Source of the DNA: Prochlorococcus sp. AG-347-G20
GTDB lineage: Bacteria; Cyanobacteriota; Cyanobacteriia; PCC-6307; Cyanobiaceae
Assembly (NCBI GenBank): GCA_003281645.1
Contig: QCBJ01000003.1
Span: 17,796-81,795 of the forward strand
DNA length: 64,000 bases
Direction of reading: 5' to 3'
Position numbers and translations under genes: made by a program. The notes beneath the pieces were generated by a model, which saw nothing but the letters and a program-made list of their open reading frames with translations, was not told where the DNA came from and made no database searches. Below, in pieces: positions 8,720 to 19,333 of this stretch (positions are counted from its first letter, which is position 1; each line of letters starts with the position of its first letter).

Positions 8720-11293
8720 TTACTTTGACAAGCTGAAATTGTTTATTTCATCAAATTGAAGATAACGATAAAGTTCTTCTGAATATGGATTAATTTTATT
8801 TTTAGTAATATCCTGATATTCTTCGATTTCAGGAATTTTTCCAAGCAGTGCGCAAACTGCTGCTAATTCTGCACTCCCTAAAAATACTTGAGCATTTTTG
8901 CCAAGTCTATTGTCAAAATTTCTTGTACTAGTTGAAAATACTACAGAACCTTCATCTACTCTAGCTTGATTTCCCATACATAAAGAACAGCCTGGCAATT
9001 CTAATCTCGCACCACAATCTTCGAATATTTTATAGTAGCCTTCAGCTTTTAGAGTTTCTTCATCCATTTTTGTTGGTGGACAAATCCATAATTTAGCTTT
9101 TAAATTTTGTACTCCTTCAAGAACTTTTGCAGCTGCCCTGTAATGACCAATATTTGTCATGCAAGAGCCTATAAAAACCTCGTCAATACTTGTATTTGCA
9201 ACTTCAGTGATTTCTTTTACATTGTCTGGATCATTAGGGCAGGCAACTATAGGTTGTTTTACTTTTGCTAAATCAATTTCAATGATTTCTTCATACTGAG
9301 CGTTTGAATCTGGTTGAATTAATGATGGTTTTCTTAACCAATTTTTCATATCATTTATTCTTCTTGAAATCGATTTTGAATCTTCATAATTGCTCTTGAT
9401 CATTGTTTCTAACAGGCAAATATTGCTTCTTAAGTATTCTTGAACTGTTTCTTGAGATAAAAGTATTGTGCTACCAGCGCATGAGCGTTCTGCAGTGGCA
9501 TCAGTAAGTTCGAAAGCTTGTTCAAGTTTTAGGTTTGGTAATCCCTCAATCTCCATAATTTTCCCGTTGAATATATTTTTCTTATTTTCTTTCTCAACAG
9601 TTAAGAGTCCTTTTTTAATTGCGAAGAGAGGGATTGCATTTACTAAATCTCTAAGAGTGATTCCTGGTAATAATTCTCCCTTAAATTTAACCAGCACAGA
9701 TTCCGGCATATTTAATGGCATTGATCCTATTGCAGCGGCAAAGGCAACAATTCCAGAGCCTCCAGGAAATGAAATCCCAAGAGGAAATCTTGTATGACTA
9801 TCTCCACCTGTGCCAACAGTATCAGGGAGAAGCATTCTGTTAAGCCAGCTATGAATTATGCCGTCTCCAGGCTTAAGAGCTACTCCACCTCTTTGAGATA
9901 TAAAATCAGGTAATTCTTTATGGGTAACTAAATCTACTGGTTTAGGATATGCAGCTGTATGACAAAAACTTTGCATCACTAAATCTGCAGTAAATCCTAA
10001 ACAAGCTAGTTCTTTTAGTTCATCTCTAGTCATTGGCCCAGTTGTATCTTGACTACCAACTGTTGTCATAATTGGTTCACAGGTAGTCCCTGGCCTAACT
10101 CCATCTAAACCGCAAGCTTTGCCTACTATTTTTTGAGCTTGGGTAAAGCCGGCACTACTTTCGGTAGGATTTTGTGGTCTGACAAATATTTCACTTGGTT
10201 GATAATTTAATTTGTTTCTAATTTTGTCCGTAAGAGATCTTCCAATCATGAGATTAATTCTTCCGCCAGCTTGAATTTCATCAGTAAGAGTTGATGGATA
10301 CAAGTCGAATTTGCTTATTAATTCTTCAGTATTTGAATCTTTTTCAATTTTTTTAATAATGCCTTTATAAGGATATATTTTAATAACATCTCCTGTTTTC
10401 ATATGAGATACGTCAGCTTCTATAGGTAAAGCTCCTGAATCTTGTGCAGTATTAAAAAAAATTGGGGCTATTTTGCTACCAATTATTATTCCACCTGTTT
10501 TTTTGTTGGGAACAAAAGCGATATCTTCTCCTATATGCCAAATGAGTGAATTAATAGCAGACTTTCTAGAACTTCCTGTTCCAACAACATCTCCAACATA
10601 CGCTATTGGTAAATTTTGTTTTTTTAAATTATCAAGAATCTTTAGTCCATCAGGTTTTTTAAATTCCAACATAGCTAATGCATGCATTGGAATATCTGGG
10701 CGTGTTGTTGCATGTACAGCTGGAGATAAGTCGTCTGTGTTTGTCTCACCGTCAACTTTAAATACTAAACAAGTAATTTCTTTCTCCAGAACTTTTTTAT
10801 TTATGAACCATTCTGCATTTGCCCAACTATTTACAACTTCTTTTGCATAAATATTATTTTGAGATAATTCATAAATTTCATTACCTGAGTCGTAAACAAG
10901 AATAATATTTTTTAAAACTTCTGCCGCTTTTTTTGCAAATATACTATTTTTTCCTTTAAGAATTTCAACCAAGGAATTCACATTATATCCGCCTATCATT
11001 GTTCCAAGTATTTCAATTGCTTTTTCGGGATTAATTGATTTGCAATATTTTTCGGAATTAACGATAGCTGTAAGCCAGCTTGCTTTCACATAAGCAGCCT
11101 CATCAACTCCTGGTGGTACTCTATTTATTAGTAAATCAAGTAGATTAGATGCATCGTAAGTACTATCTTGTTCCAATAATTTTGTAATACAATTTGTCTG
11201 CTCAGCATTTAAAGGTAAAGGAGGTATACCTTTGGTAGCTCTTTCAGCTACGTGATCTGCATAATCTTTTAGCAATGTTTCCAAATTCTTCAT
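8720..11293 (-). CDS. acnB: Aconitate hydratase B
   Basis: RVPPGVDEAAYVKA, SQDTTGPMT, IGSCMTN, PGCSLCMGNQ. Confidence 0.98.
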   Translation of the reverse strand: MKNLETLLKDYADHVAERATKGIPPLPLNAEQTNCITKLLEQDSTYDASNLLDLLINRVPPGVDEAAYVKASWLTAIVNSEKYCKSINPEKAIEILGTMIGGYNVNSLVEILKGKNSIFAKKAAEVLKNIILVYDSGNEIYELSQNNIYAKEVVNSWANAEWFINKKVLEKEITCLVFKVDGETNTDDLSPAVHATTRPDIPMHALAMLEFKKPDGLKILDNLKKQNLPIAYVGDVVGTGSSRKSAINSLIWHIGEDIAFVPNKKTGGIIIGSKIAPIFFNTAQDSGALPIEADVSHMKTGDVIKIYPYKGIIKKIEKDSNTEELISKFDLYPSTLTDEIQAGGRINLMIGRSLTDKIRNKLNYQPSEIFVRPQNPTESSAGFTQAQKIVGKACGLDGVRPGTTCEPIMTTVGSQDTTGPMTRDELKELACLGFTADLVMQSFCHTAAYPKPVDLVTHKELPDFISQRGGVALKPGDGIIHSWLNRMLLPDTVGTGGDSHTRFPLGISFPGGSGIVAFAAAIGSMPLNMPESVLVKFKGELLPGITLRDLVNAIPLFAIKKGLLTVEKENKKNIFNGKIMEIEGLPNLKLEQAFELTDATAERSCAGSTILLSQETVQEYLRSNICLLETMIKSNYEDSKSISRRINDMKNWLRKPSLIQPDSNAQYEEIIEIDLAKVKQPIVACPNDPDNVKEITEVANTSIDEVFIGSCMTNIGHYRAAAKVLEGVQNLKAKLWICPPTKMDEETLKAEGYYKIFEDCGARLELPGCSLCMGNQARVDEGSVVFSTSTRNFDNRLGKNAQVFLGSAELAAVCALLGKIPEIEEYQDITKNKINPYSEELYRYLQFDEINNFSLSK

Positions 11294-11390
11294 TAGTAAG
11301 GTTTAATGCCTAATCTATTGTTATTTTTAATATTGAAAAGGAGAGTATTCATAAATGCTTTTTTAAATATTCAAACTTCTTAATTAATCA

Positions 11391-12458
11391 ATGCCGACAT
11401 CATCAAATAATTCAGCTTTAGAAAAGACATCAGATTTACATGTTGTTGAAACGCGTCCATTAATACCTCCAAGCAGATTACATAATGATATACCTTTAGA
11501 TCACGCCTCTGCTAATACAGTATCTAAAACAAGAAGATCTATACAAAATATTTTGCATCACAATGATCAGAAGCTTTTAGTTATTGTTGGACCTTGTTCA
11601 ATTCATGATCTAGAGGCGGCAAAGGAATATTCAAAATATATTCAAAATTTCCGAGAAATTTATAAAGATAAATTAGAAATAATCATGAGAGTATATTTTG
11701 AAAAACCAAGAACAACTATTGGTTGGAAAGGATTGATCAATGATCCTCATCTAGATAATTCTTATGATATTAATACTGGTTTGAGAAGGGCAAGAAGTTT
11801 GCTTTCATATTTAGCAACTCGTGGCATACCTTCTGCTACAGAATTACTAGATCCAATTGTTCCTCAATACATTGCCGATTTAATAAGTTGGACAGCCATA
11901 GGTGCGCGGACTACAGAAAGTCAAACTCATAGGGAAATGGCATCAGGATTATCAATGCCTATAGGCTTTAAAAATGGAACGGATGGTTCCTTTAATACTG
12001 CAATTAATGCAATGCAGTCAGCTTCAAAGTCTCATCATTTCTTAGGTGTAAATGAAAATGGGATGGCTTCAATAGTTAATACTACAGGAAATCCAGATGG
12101 ACATATAGTTTTAAGGGGCGGTTCAAAAGGGCCTAATTTCGAAAATGATCATGTTAAAAGAATTTCAGCTGAATTGAGGCAATGTAATCTTTCCCATAAA
12201 GTGATGATTGATTGTAGTCATGGAAATTCCAATAAAGACTTTCGAAAACAGTCGGAAGTGCTCAAAAATATAGCTTCTCAAATTATTAATGGGGAAAAAA
12301 ATATTTTAGGAGTTATGCTTGAAAGTCATTTAAAGGAAGGAAATCAAAAACTTTTAAAAAAAGAAGATCTCCAGTTTGGAAGAAGCATTACCGATGCATG
12401 TATAGATATAGAAACAACAAAAGAATTACTCGCTATTTTATATAATTCTCTTAGTTAG
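11391..12458 (+). CDS. aroG: 3-deoxy-7-phosphoheptulonate (DAHP) synthase, class I-alpha
   Basis: GPCSIHD, RVYFEKPRTTIGWKG, IGARTTESQ, DCSHGNS, SITDAC; the feedback isozyme type cannot be determined. Confidence 0.92.
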   Translation: MPTSSNNSALEKTSDLHVVETRPLIPPSRLHNDIPLDHASANTVSKTRRSIQNILHHNDQKLLVIVGPCSIHDLEAAKEYSKYIQNFREIYKDKLEIIMRVYFEKPRTTIGWKGLINDPHLDNSYDINTGLRRARSLLSYLATRGIPSATELLDPIVPQYIADLISWTAIGARTTESQTHREMASGLSMPIGFKNGTDGSFNTAINAMQSASKSHHFLGVNENGMASIVNTTGNPDGHIVLRGGSKGPNFENDHVKRISAELRQCNLSHKVMIDCSHGNSNKDFRKQSEVLKNIASQIINGEKNILGVMLESHLKEGNQKLLKKEDLQFGRSITDACIDIETTKELLAILYNSLS

Positions 12459-13092
12459 TTATAAAAAAATTAAAAAATAATGCTGAAGAAACAGGAACAA
12501 TGAAATTATCTATTCCTAAAACACTAAATTGTTCAAGCAAAGTCGCAAAAAAAGCTATTGTAAAATAATTTAAATTTAAACTATTTTGTTGGGCGTATCC
12601 TGTTGAGCAAACTACTATCAAACTTGTTAAAAACATTGTCATAGTACCAAATAAAGATTTTTTTTGTTTAAAAAAAATCCAACTCTTTGAGTTAAAGCTT
12701 TTTCCTATTAAACCAGCTAATCCATCACCAAAAGTCATTATGAAAAATCCACTAATTAATGCATATGGATCTTTATCCCAAAAAAGATAAATCAAAATAA
12801 ATAAACTTAGACAATAAAATAATGTTCCATAACTCTTTCTCTCGACATCCTCAATTGTTGGAAATAATTTATAGGTGTAATTGATTAAAACCATTATGGA
12901 AACAATTCCCGTAAAAATTAGAGCAGAGTTTTGATTAATTTCTAAAAATTGAGCAATTGGTATTAAAGGTCCTATTCCAATATGTATTATTTTTCTGACG
13001 ATTTCTCTGCTATCTTCATTATATTTTTTAAAAACTATTGATATTAAAAAAATTGAAAATAAATATAATAAAATTACAGTAAATTTTATCAA
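12451..13092 (-). CDS. CTP-dependent diacylglycerol/polyprenol (phytol) kinase family membrane protein
   Basis: RKIIHI, GDGLAGLIG, KKSLFG and DNF motifs; multiple TM segments. Confidence 0.85.
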   Translation of the reverse strand: MIKFTVILLYLFSIFLISIVFKKYNEDSREIVRKIIHIGIGPLIPIAQFLEINQNSALIFTGIVSIMVLINYTYKLFPTIEDVERKSYGTLFYCLSLFILIYLFWDKDPYALISGFFIMTFGDGLAGLIGKSFNSKSWIFFKQKKSLFGTMTMFLTSLIVVCSTGYAQQNSLNLNYFTIAFFATLLEQFSVLGIDNFIVPVSSALFFNFFITN

Positions 13093-13097
13093 TTTGG

Positions 13098-14120
13098 TTA
13101 AGCTGCTTTTTGATGAGTTGTCATTACTCTAAGTTTTAATATTGCTTTAGCTTCTAGTTGCCTTACTCTTTCTCGTGAAACATTAATTTGTCTTCCTATT
13201 TCTGCGAGTGTTAATGGTTCTTCACCATCTAAGCCAAATCTAAGCTTCATTATTTTTTGTTCTCTTTCATTTAATTGAGAAAGCCAAGTTCCTAAATGCT
13301 CTTTTTGAATAGTTCTATCCATACCTTCCATAGGCTCTTCACAGTTTGGATCAGGTATGAGTTCGCCAAGAGTACTTCTATCTTCTTCGCCTCTTGCGTG
13401 AGCATCTAGGGAAGCGCAAGGAGCACTTTGTGAAATTAAATCTTCTAAATCTTTTTGATCAATTCCCATTTCAGTTGCCATTTCCAATCTGGTAGGTTGT
13501 CTACCAAATTTATGTGATAATTCTCTAGAGACTCTTCTCATCTTGGATAGTTTTTCACTTATGTGAATAGGTAAACGGATTGTTCTTGCACTATTATCAA
13601 TAGCCCTTGTCATTCCTTGCCTAATCCACCAGTAAGCATAAGTTGAGAATTTATATCCCATCGCAGGATCAAATTTATCTACAGCTCTTTCAAGGCCAAT
13701 CGCTCCTTCTTGGACAAGATCCAATAATTCAAGCCCTTGGTTTTGATATTTTTTTGCAACGGAGACAACAAGCCTTAGATTAGCTGCCATCATTCTATCT
13801 CTGGCTCTTTTGCCAATCTTAATTTGATAAAGATTTCGTTGCGTTCTTTCAGTTTCAGGAATTTGTAGCAACTTTTTCATGTTCTGAACATGATGAGCTA
13901 ACTCTATTTCCTCTGCTGGAGTCAAAAGAGGTACTCTACCAATGCTACTTAAGTAATAGCCAATAGAATCTGAAGCGAGTCTGCCAGATTTTTTTTGGCT
14001 TTGTTTTGCCGTAAGACTGGATTTTGATTTGCGAGACTTGCCCGCAGTGTTTGGTAATCTTGGCTCATCAAAATTTTTATCTGAAGAGCTTTTCGCAGAT
14101 TCCAGAGGGATCCCCATCAC
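13098..14120 (-). CDS. Group 2 (RpoD-like) RNA polymerase sigma-70 factor
   Basis: ANLRLVVSVAKKY, DLVQEG, KFSTYAYWWIRQ, SRERVRQLE; no region 1.1; GGAGG Shine-Dalgarno at 14126-14130. Confidence 0.95.
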   Translation of the reverse strand: MMGIPLESAKSSSDKNFDEPRLPNTAGKSRKSKSSLTAKQSQKKSGRLASDSIGYYLSSIGRVPLLTPAEEIELAHHVQNMKKLLQIPETERTQRNLYQIKIGKRARDRMMAANLRLVVSVAKKYQNQGLELLDLVQEGAIGLERAVDKFDPAMGYKFSTYAYWWIRQGMTRAIDNSARTIRLPIHISEKLSKMRRVSRELSHKFGRQPTRLEMATEMGIDQKDLEDLISQSAPCASLDAHARGEEDRSTLGELIPDPNCEEPMEGMDRTIQKEHLGTWLSQLNEREQKIMKLRFGLDGEEPLTLAEIGRQINVSRERVRQLEAKAILKLRVMTTHQKAA

Positions 14121-14325
14121 CCTGGCCTCCTAAATAATGGATTTTTTAAAAAGCTAGCACTGAAATCGAAATAAAAACTACTTTTACGTTGAAATTTAAA
14201 AGACAAAAAAATTTTTTTTAAAGCTTATTTCTTCAAATCCATTGACATGAGTGAATTTTATAAAAATTAAAAAAATTTTAAAATATTAAGTATTTTTTTA
14301 AATGTTGTAAAAATCAATATTAATT

Positions 14326-16404
14326 TTATTTTTCTATGAGGTCAATTTGCGAACGATTATCCGATGAATCTAATTTATATTTCGAATAAGAACCATCCTC
14401 CTTCATTATCCAAGAAAAGTAATCATCTTTAATGTAGGTTTGCAAGAGCGAGTATATTTTAGATTTTAATTCGTAATCCTCTATGGGAGTAACAGCTTCT
14501 ATTCTTCTATCAAGATTTCTCCTCATCCAATCTGCACTCCCAATAAAAACCTCATTATCACCGTTATTACAAAACCAAAAAATTCTTGAGTGTTCAAGAA
14601 AATGGCCAATAATGCTTATAACTTGAATATTTTCACTTAAATTTTTTCTTTGGGGATACAAGCAACAAATACCTCTTATGATAAGGCTAATTTTTACACC
14701 TGTATCTGAAGCTAAATAAAGAAGTTTAATTATTTCTGGGTCTACTAAAGAATTCATTTTTGCAATTATTTCAGCTTTCTTGCCTTCTTGTGCATTTTTA
14801 ATTTCTCTCTTTATCAGAAATGTAAATTTTTCTCTCATCGATGAGGGAGAAACTAATAACTTTTGATAATTTTTTTGTTTAGAAAAACCTGATAGGTAGT
14901 TAAATAACTCAAGTAAATCTGATGCAATATCAGGATCAGTTGAAAGTAATCCTAAATCTGTATAAAACTTTGAAGTATTAGAGTTATAGTTTCCTGTTCC
15001 AATATGGAAATAATTCCTTAATCGTCCTTTTTCTTTTCTTACTATTAAAGCTATTTTTGTATGCGTTTTAAATCCTATGATTCCATATACAACATGAATT
15101 CCAGCTTGTTCAAGTTGTTTTGCCCATTGAATATTATTGTCTTCATCAAATCTTGCTTTTAGTTCAACAAGGGTCATTACTTCTTTTCCATTCTCTGCAG
15201 CTCTCATTAAAGCTGCGATGATAGGCGAATCCTTGGAAACTCGATATAAAGTAATTTTTATAGCCATTACAAGTGGATCATCAGCTGCTTTGTTTATAAA
15301 TTCTTCAACTGAGGTTCTAAATAAGTCGTATGGATGATGTAGCAGAATATTTTTTTTTCTAAGTATATGAAAAATAGAATTAAGGTTTTTGTTTGAAGGT
15401 AAATCTAAATTTTTTAATTTCGGATGAGTTTTCCCAATTAGTAGATTTTCTTTTAAATCATTCCTATTAATTTTTGTAAGCTGATTTAAATCATCAAGGC
15501 CTAAAAAACTTTTGCAAAAGTAAATATACTCTTTTTGTATTGAGATGCTTTCAATGAGTAATTCCAGAATATTTTTTGGCATGTCCGATTCAACTTCTAA
15601 TCTAACTACATCTCCACCTAATCTTCTCTTTTGCAAACTTTGTTCAACTGCTAGAAGAAGATCATCAGCTTCAAGTTCTTTTAATTCTAAATCTGCATCC
15701 CTTGTAACTCTAAAAAAAGAGTAATTTATACATTCCATTCCATTAAATAAAGTATTTATATTATTCCCAATTAAATCTTCAACACTTATGAAAAAATATG
15801 TACTTTCATCAACATGTTGAATGATTTCATTTGGAATTTGTATAAATCTATTTATATTTTTTGTTGGTATTTTTACTCTTACAAACTGATTTTTAGAATC
15901 TTCTCCATCCCTTATGAGAGCTGCCAAATTTAGACTTAAATTACTTATAAAAGGAAATGGATGTGCTGGATCAACAACTAATGGAGTTAATAAAGGGAAA
16001 ATAGACGAAGTAAAATAGTTATTGCACCAATTTCTTTGATTTTCACTTAGGTCCTTATATTTTTTTAAAAATATACCATTTTCTTTTAGTTCATTATTTA
16101 ATTCATCATTTATATAGTTTTCTTGTAGGCTAGTTAAATTCTTTACTTCTTTATTTATTTTTGTTAATTGTTGTTTAGGGGTAAGTCCATCAATACTTTT
16201 TTTTGTAATACCTGCTTCAACTTGAGCCTTTAACGAAGCTACCCTTACCATAAAAAATTCATCTAGATTATTACTAAAAATTGAACAAAATTTTAATTTA
16301 TCTAGGATTTTGTACTCCTTTTCCATACCAGTTAGGAGTACTCTTTTATTGAATTCAATCCAACTTAATTCTCTATTAATAAAAACATCAACCTGGCTTT
16401 TCAT
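14326..16404 (-). CDS. ppk1: Polyphosphate kinase 1
   Basis: NRELSW, LDEFFMVRVA, HPFPFI, ELKARFDE, KTHTK, GSADWMRRN. Confidence 0.97.
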   Translation of the reverse strand: MKSQVDVFINRELSWIEFNKRVLLTGMEKEYKILDKLKFCSIFSNNLDEFFMVRVASLKAQVEAGITKKSIDGLTPKQQLTKINKEVKNLTSLQENYINDELNNELKENGIFLKKYKDLSENQRNWCNNYFTSSIFPLLTPLVVDPAHPFPFISNLSLNLAALIRDGEDSKNQFVRVKIPTKNINRFIQIPNEIIQHVDESTYFFISVEDLIGNNINTLFNGMECINYSFFRVTRDADLELKELEADDLLLAVEQSLQKRRLGGDVVRLEVESDMPKNILELLIESISIQKEYIYFCKSFLGLDDLNQLTKINRNDLKENLLIGKTHPKLKNLDLPSNKNLNSIFHILRKKNILLHHPYDLFRTSVEEFINKAADDPLVMAIKITLYRVSKDSPIIAALMRAAENGKEVMTLVELKARFDEDNNIQWAKQLEQAGIHVVYGIIGFKTHTKIALIVRKEKGRLRNYFHIGTGNYNSNTSKFYTDLGLLSTDPDIASDLLELFNYLSGFSKQKNYQKLLVSPSSMREKFTFLIKREIKNAQEGKKAEIIAKMNSLVDPEIIKLLYLASDTGVKISLIIRGICCLYPQRKNLSENIQVISIIGHFLEHSRIFWFCNNGDNEVFIGSADWMRRNLDRRIEAVTPIEDYELKSKIYSLLQTYIKDDYFSWIMKEDGSYSKYKLDSSDNRSQIDLIEK

Positions 16405-17687
16405 TAAGATACTTTTGAATTTTGATTCTTTAAAGAATTATTATTTTTACCCTCTGCAATAAGGTATATCATGAAAAGTAAGATAACGGAACCAGCTATA
16501 AAAGGTGATTTAGGACCAAAACTATCATAAACTCTTCCTGCCATTGCAATTCCTAAAACCCCTCCAAGGCTCTGTAGACCCTGAAGGTTACTTAAAATTG
16601 ATCCTTGTTTATCAACGTCTAATTTCTTTGATATTAGTGCTCTTAATGTGGGCGTAATTAATCCTGCTCCAACGGCTAAAAATGAAACAGCTGAATAAAT
16701 ATTAAGTGTCGCATTTTCTTTTGGAGCAGTTATTAAAAGAGCACATGCTACAAGAATGAAGCCTGATCCAAAAAGTGTTAATCGCATTTCGCCAAATTGC
16801 TTTACTAGAGGCCCTATTAGTCCTCCTTGAACGATAATTGCAATTATTCCTACTACAACAAGAGTTCCACTTGATGCTTTGGTCGTCCAGTTTAATGATT
16901 CTTGAAGGAAAAATATAAGGATGTTAGTCAATCCAGTAAAAGCAATAAAGTAAATAAAAAAAGCTAATGATAATTTTTTAATCTTTTCTTCTTTGAAAAC
17001 TGTAAATAGAGCTTTTAAGGGGTTTTTTAAAGCAGTTTTTGATTTATTTGTTTCACTATTAGGCTTGGTTTCTGGTAAGTAAAAAAATACAAGGAGAAAA
17101 TTGATTATTGGAATGATAGAGGCTATCAAAACTGGAATAATAAAATTATTATTTGTATTTCTTGCAAAAATTACAACAAAAATATTACCTAAGAAAAAAC
17201 TTAAACCAAAAGCTACACCAATAAGACCAAATGTTTTTGCTCTTTTTTCAGGGCTTGAAATATCTGCAAGAATTGTTGTTGCTGTAGCTGCAGTCCCCCC
17301 ACTTAAACCGTCAATTAGTCTCGCTAAAAATAATAAAAATAACGGGATAGTGGCTATTGAATTTGACCAATTAAAAAGAACTGTAAAAGATAATATTGAT
17401 ATTCCTATTACTGAACCAGTAATACAAAAAAGAGTGACAGGTCTTCTTCCATATCTATCACTCATAAGTCCTATAAAAGGAGAAGCTGTAAATTGAGCTA
17501 ATTGGTAAGTGCATGATAATAAGCCATATGTACTCGCTTTAGAGTCAAAAAGTAAAACAAAAGAGGGTAATATGGGTAAAAGTATACTTTCACTTAAACG
17601 ATCATTTAGGAGAGTGATAAACGCACTAAGGAGAGTAAATTTTTTATTTGGTTTTAATAAACTCTCTTTCACAATATTTACCTTCAT
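16404..17687 (-). CDS. MFS transporter (TetA/DHA1-like efflux family)
   Basis: Motif A GLMSDRYGRRP; about 12 TM segments; stop codon overlaps the ppk1 start. Confidence 0.9.
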   Translation of the reverse strand: MKVNIVKESLLKPNKKFTLLSAFITLLNDRLSESILLPILPSFVLLFDSKASTYGLLSCTYQLAQFTASPFIGLMSDRYGRRPVTLFCITGSVIGISILSFTVLFNWSNSIATIPLFLLFLARLIDGLSGGTAATATTILADISSPEKRAKTFGLIGVAFGLSFFLGNIFVVIFARNTNNNFIIPVLIASIIPIINFLLVFFYLPETKPNSETNKSKTALKNPLKALFTVFKEEKIKKLSLAFFIYFIAFTGLTNILIFFLQESLNWTTKASSGTLVVVGIIAIIVQGGLIGPLVKQFGEMRLTLFGSGFILVACALLITAPKENATLNIYSAVSFLAVGAGLITPTLRALISKKLDVDKQGSILSNLQGLQSLGGVLGIAMAGRVYDSFGPKSPFIAGSVILLFMIYLIAEGKNNNSLKNQNSKVS

Positions 17688-17711
17688 TGCGATTAACTTT
17701 TACTACCATAC

Positions 17712-18533
17712 TTGTTAATGGAGATTATTGTGCCCGGCATTGTTTATTTAGTTGGAGCAGGTCCTGGTGACCCTGAGCTTTTGACTCTTAAAGCTTTACG
17801 CCTAATTAAAAATTGTGATGCATTAGTTCATGATGCTTTAATCCCAGATGAAATAACAAAAGAGGCAGGAAAAAATACAGAAATTTTCCATGTAGGCAAA
17901 AGAGCTGGGAAGTGTTCTGTACCTCAGGCTGAAACTAATGATCTTATTTTGAAATTAGCAAAAGAAGGCAAAAATGTTGTAAGGCTTAAAGGGGGAGATC
18001 CATTCGTTTTTTCTAGAGGTGGTGAAGAGGTATCGATTTTAGAAAAAAATGGAATTTCAGTTGAAATCGTTCCAGGTATTACTTCTGGGATAGCTGCTCC
18101 CACATATTTTGGTATTCCACTAACCCATAGAGATGCTGCGAGTTCCGTAACTTTTGTCACTGGACATGAGCGGGTAGATAAGGAAAAAAAGACAGTGAAT
18201 TGGAGAGATTTAGCTAAATCATCAGATAGCTTAGTAATTTTTATGGGTATAAAAAATATTGAATTTATAGTGGAAGAATTAATTCTAGGAGGTTTAGATA
18301 AGAGTACTAAATGCGCTGTTATTCAAGAAGCTACTTTAAAAAATCAAAAATGTTTGATAGAGAAATTAGAAAATCTTCCAGATAAAATCAAAGATAAAGA
18401 ATTTTTAGCTCCATCAATCATCATTATTGGAAAAATTGTTGAATTTAAGGTTAATAACAATATAACTAAATTATCTGATGTCAATTTACCAGATATTAAT
18501 AAAATTCAATTATATAATAAATCCCAAAAGTAA
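17712..18533 (+). CDS. cobA: Uroporphyrinogen-III C-methyltransferase
   Basis: VGAGPGDPELLTLKA, RLKGGDPFVFSRGGEE, VPGITS; exact start uncertain. Confidence 0.95.
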   Translation: MLMEIIVPGIVYLVGAGPGDPELLTLKALRLIKNCDALVHDALIPDEITKEAGKNTEIFHVGKRAGKCSVPQAETNDLILKLAKEGKNVVRLKGGDPFVFSRGGEEVSILEKNGISVEIVPGITSGIAAPTYFGIPLTHRDAASSVTFVTGHERVDKEKKTVNWRDLAKSSDSLVIFMGIKNIEFIVEELILGGLDKSTKCAVIQEATLKNQKCLIEKLENLPDKIKDKEFLAPSIIIIGKIVEFKVNNNITKLSDVNLPDINKIQLYNKSQK

Positions 18534-19333
18534 ATTGGATCGAATTTAGGTTTAAGCTTTAAATCATTAACTTTATTAATTTGTCTGCAGGATAAGCTAT
18601 TAATTGCAACTATTATGTCACCATTTTGAAATTCTGGAGGAATTAATTCCTCTTTTACAATTTTTAATTTTAAAGCTTCAGAAACCATAACCCCCTCTAA
18701 GCAGCCGCTCTCTTTTCTAGGAGTTATCCATTGATTATTTCTTTTAATTAGAAGATTAAATGTACTTCCACAACAAATTTCACCTGACGTATTCAAAAGT
18801 ATAGAATCATCAAAAGATTTTTCATTAGCTTCTGTCAAAACTTGTATTGCCTGATTATATGAAAATGTTTTGCATTTACTTATAAGACTGAATTCATTTA
18901 TTTTTTCCGTTTGACTAATGCAAACGCTTATTGGATTAAAATTTGGTTTGATTCTATAGAACTCAAGCCATAAATTATCCAAATCTTTTGTCTCTGAAGT
19001 GCTATCAATTGTTAGTTTTCGACCTTCATTAGTTCCTCGACTATAGTTTATTCTTACTGAAGCAAATTGATCATTTTTAAGCGATAACTTTTTAATTCCA
19101 TCGTGAATAAGTTGTCTCAAAGTTAATTTATTTATTTTGAGATTAATATGTAAAATCTTGCTACTTTTTTCTAATCTTTTCAGATGTTCATCAAAAAGAA
19201 TAGGTTTGTTCTCTTTTATCAAAATCGTTTCAAATATACCATCAGCAAATTTTAATCCTCTATTATTAGCAGCAATAAATATTCTATCAATATCCAACCA
19301 TTGATCCTTGTGCCAGCCTAATGTTTCAATCAT
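18506..19333 (-). CDS. pabC: Aminotransferase class IV, probable aminodeoxychorismate lyase
   Basis: RGLKFADGIFET, EHLKRL, KTFSY, GCLEG; overlaps pabB by 4 bp. Confidence 0.8.
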   Translation of the reverse strand: MIETLGWHKDQWLDIDRIFIAANNRGLKFADGIFETILIKENKPILFDEHLKRLEKSSKILHINLKINKLTLRQLIHDGIKKLSLKNDQFASVRINYSRGTNEGRKLTIDSTSETKDLDNLWLEFYRIKPNFNPISVCISQTEKINEFSLISKCKTFSYNQAIQVLTEANEKSFDDSILLNTSGEICCGSTFNLLIKRNNQWITPRKESGCLEGVMVSEALKLKIVKEELIPPEFQNGDIIVAINSLSCRQINKVNDLKLKPKFDPIYFWDLLYN

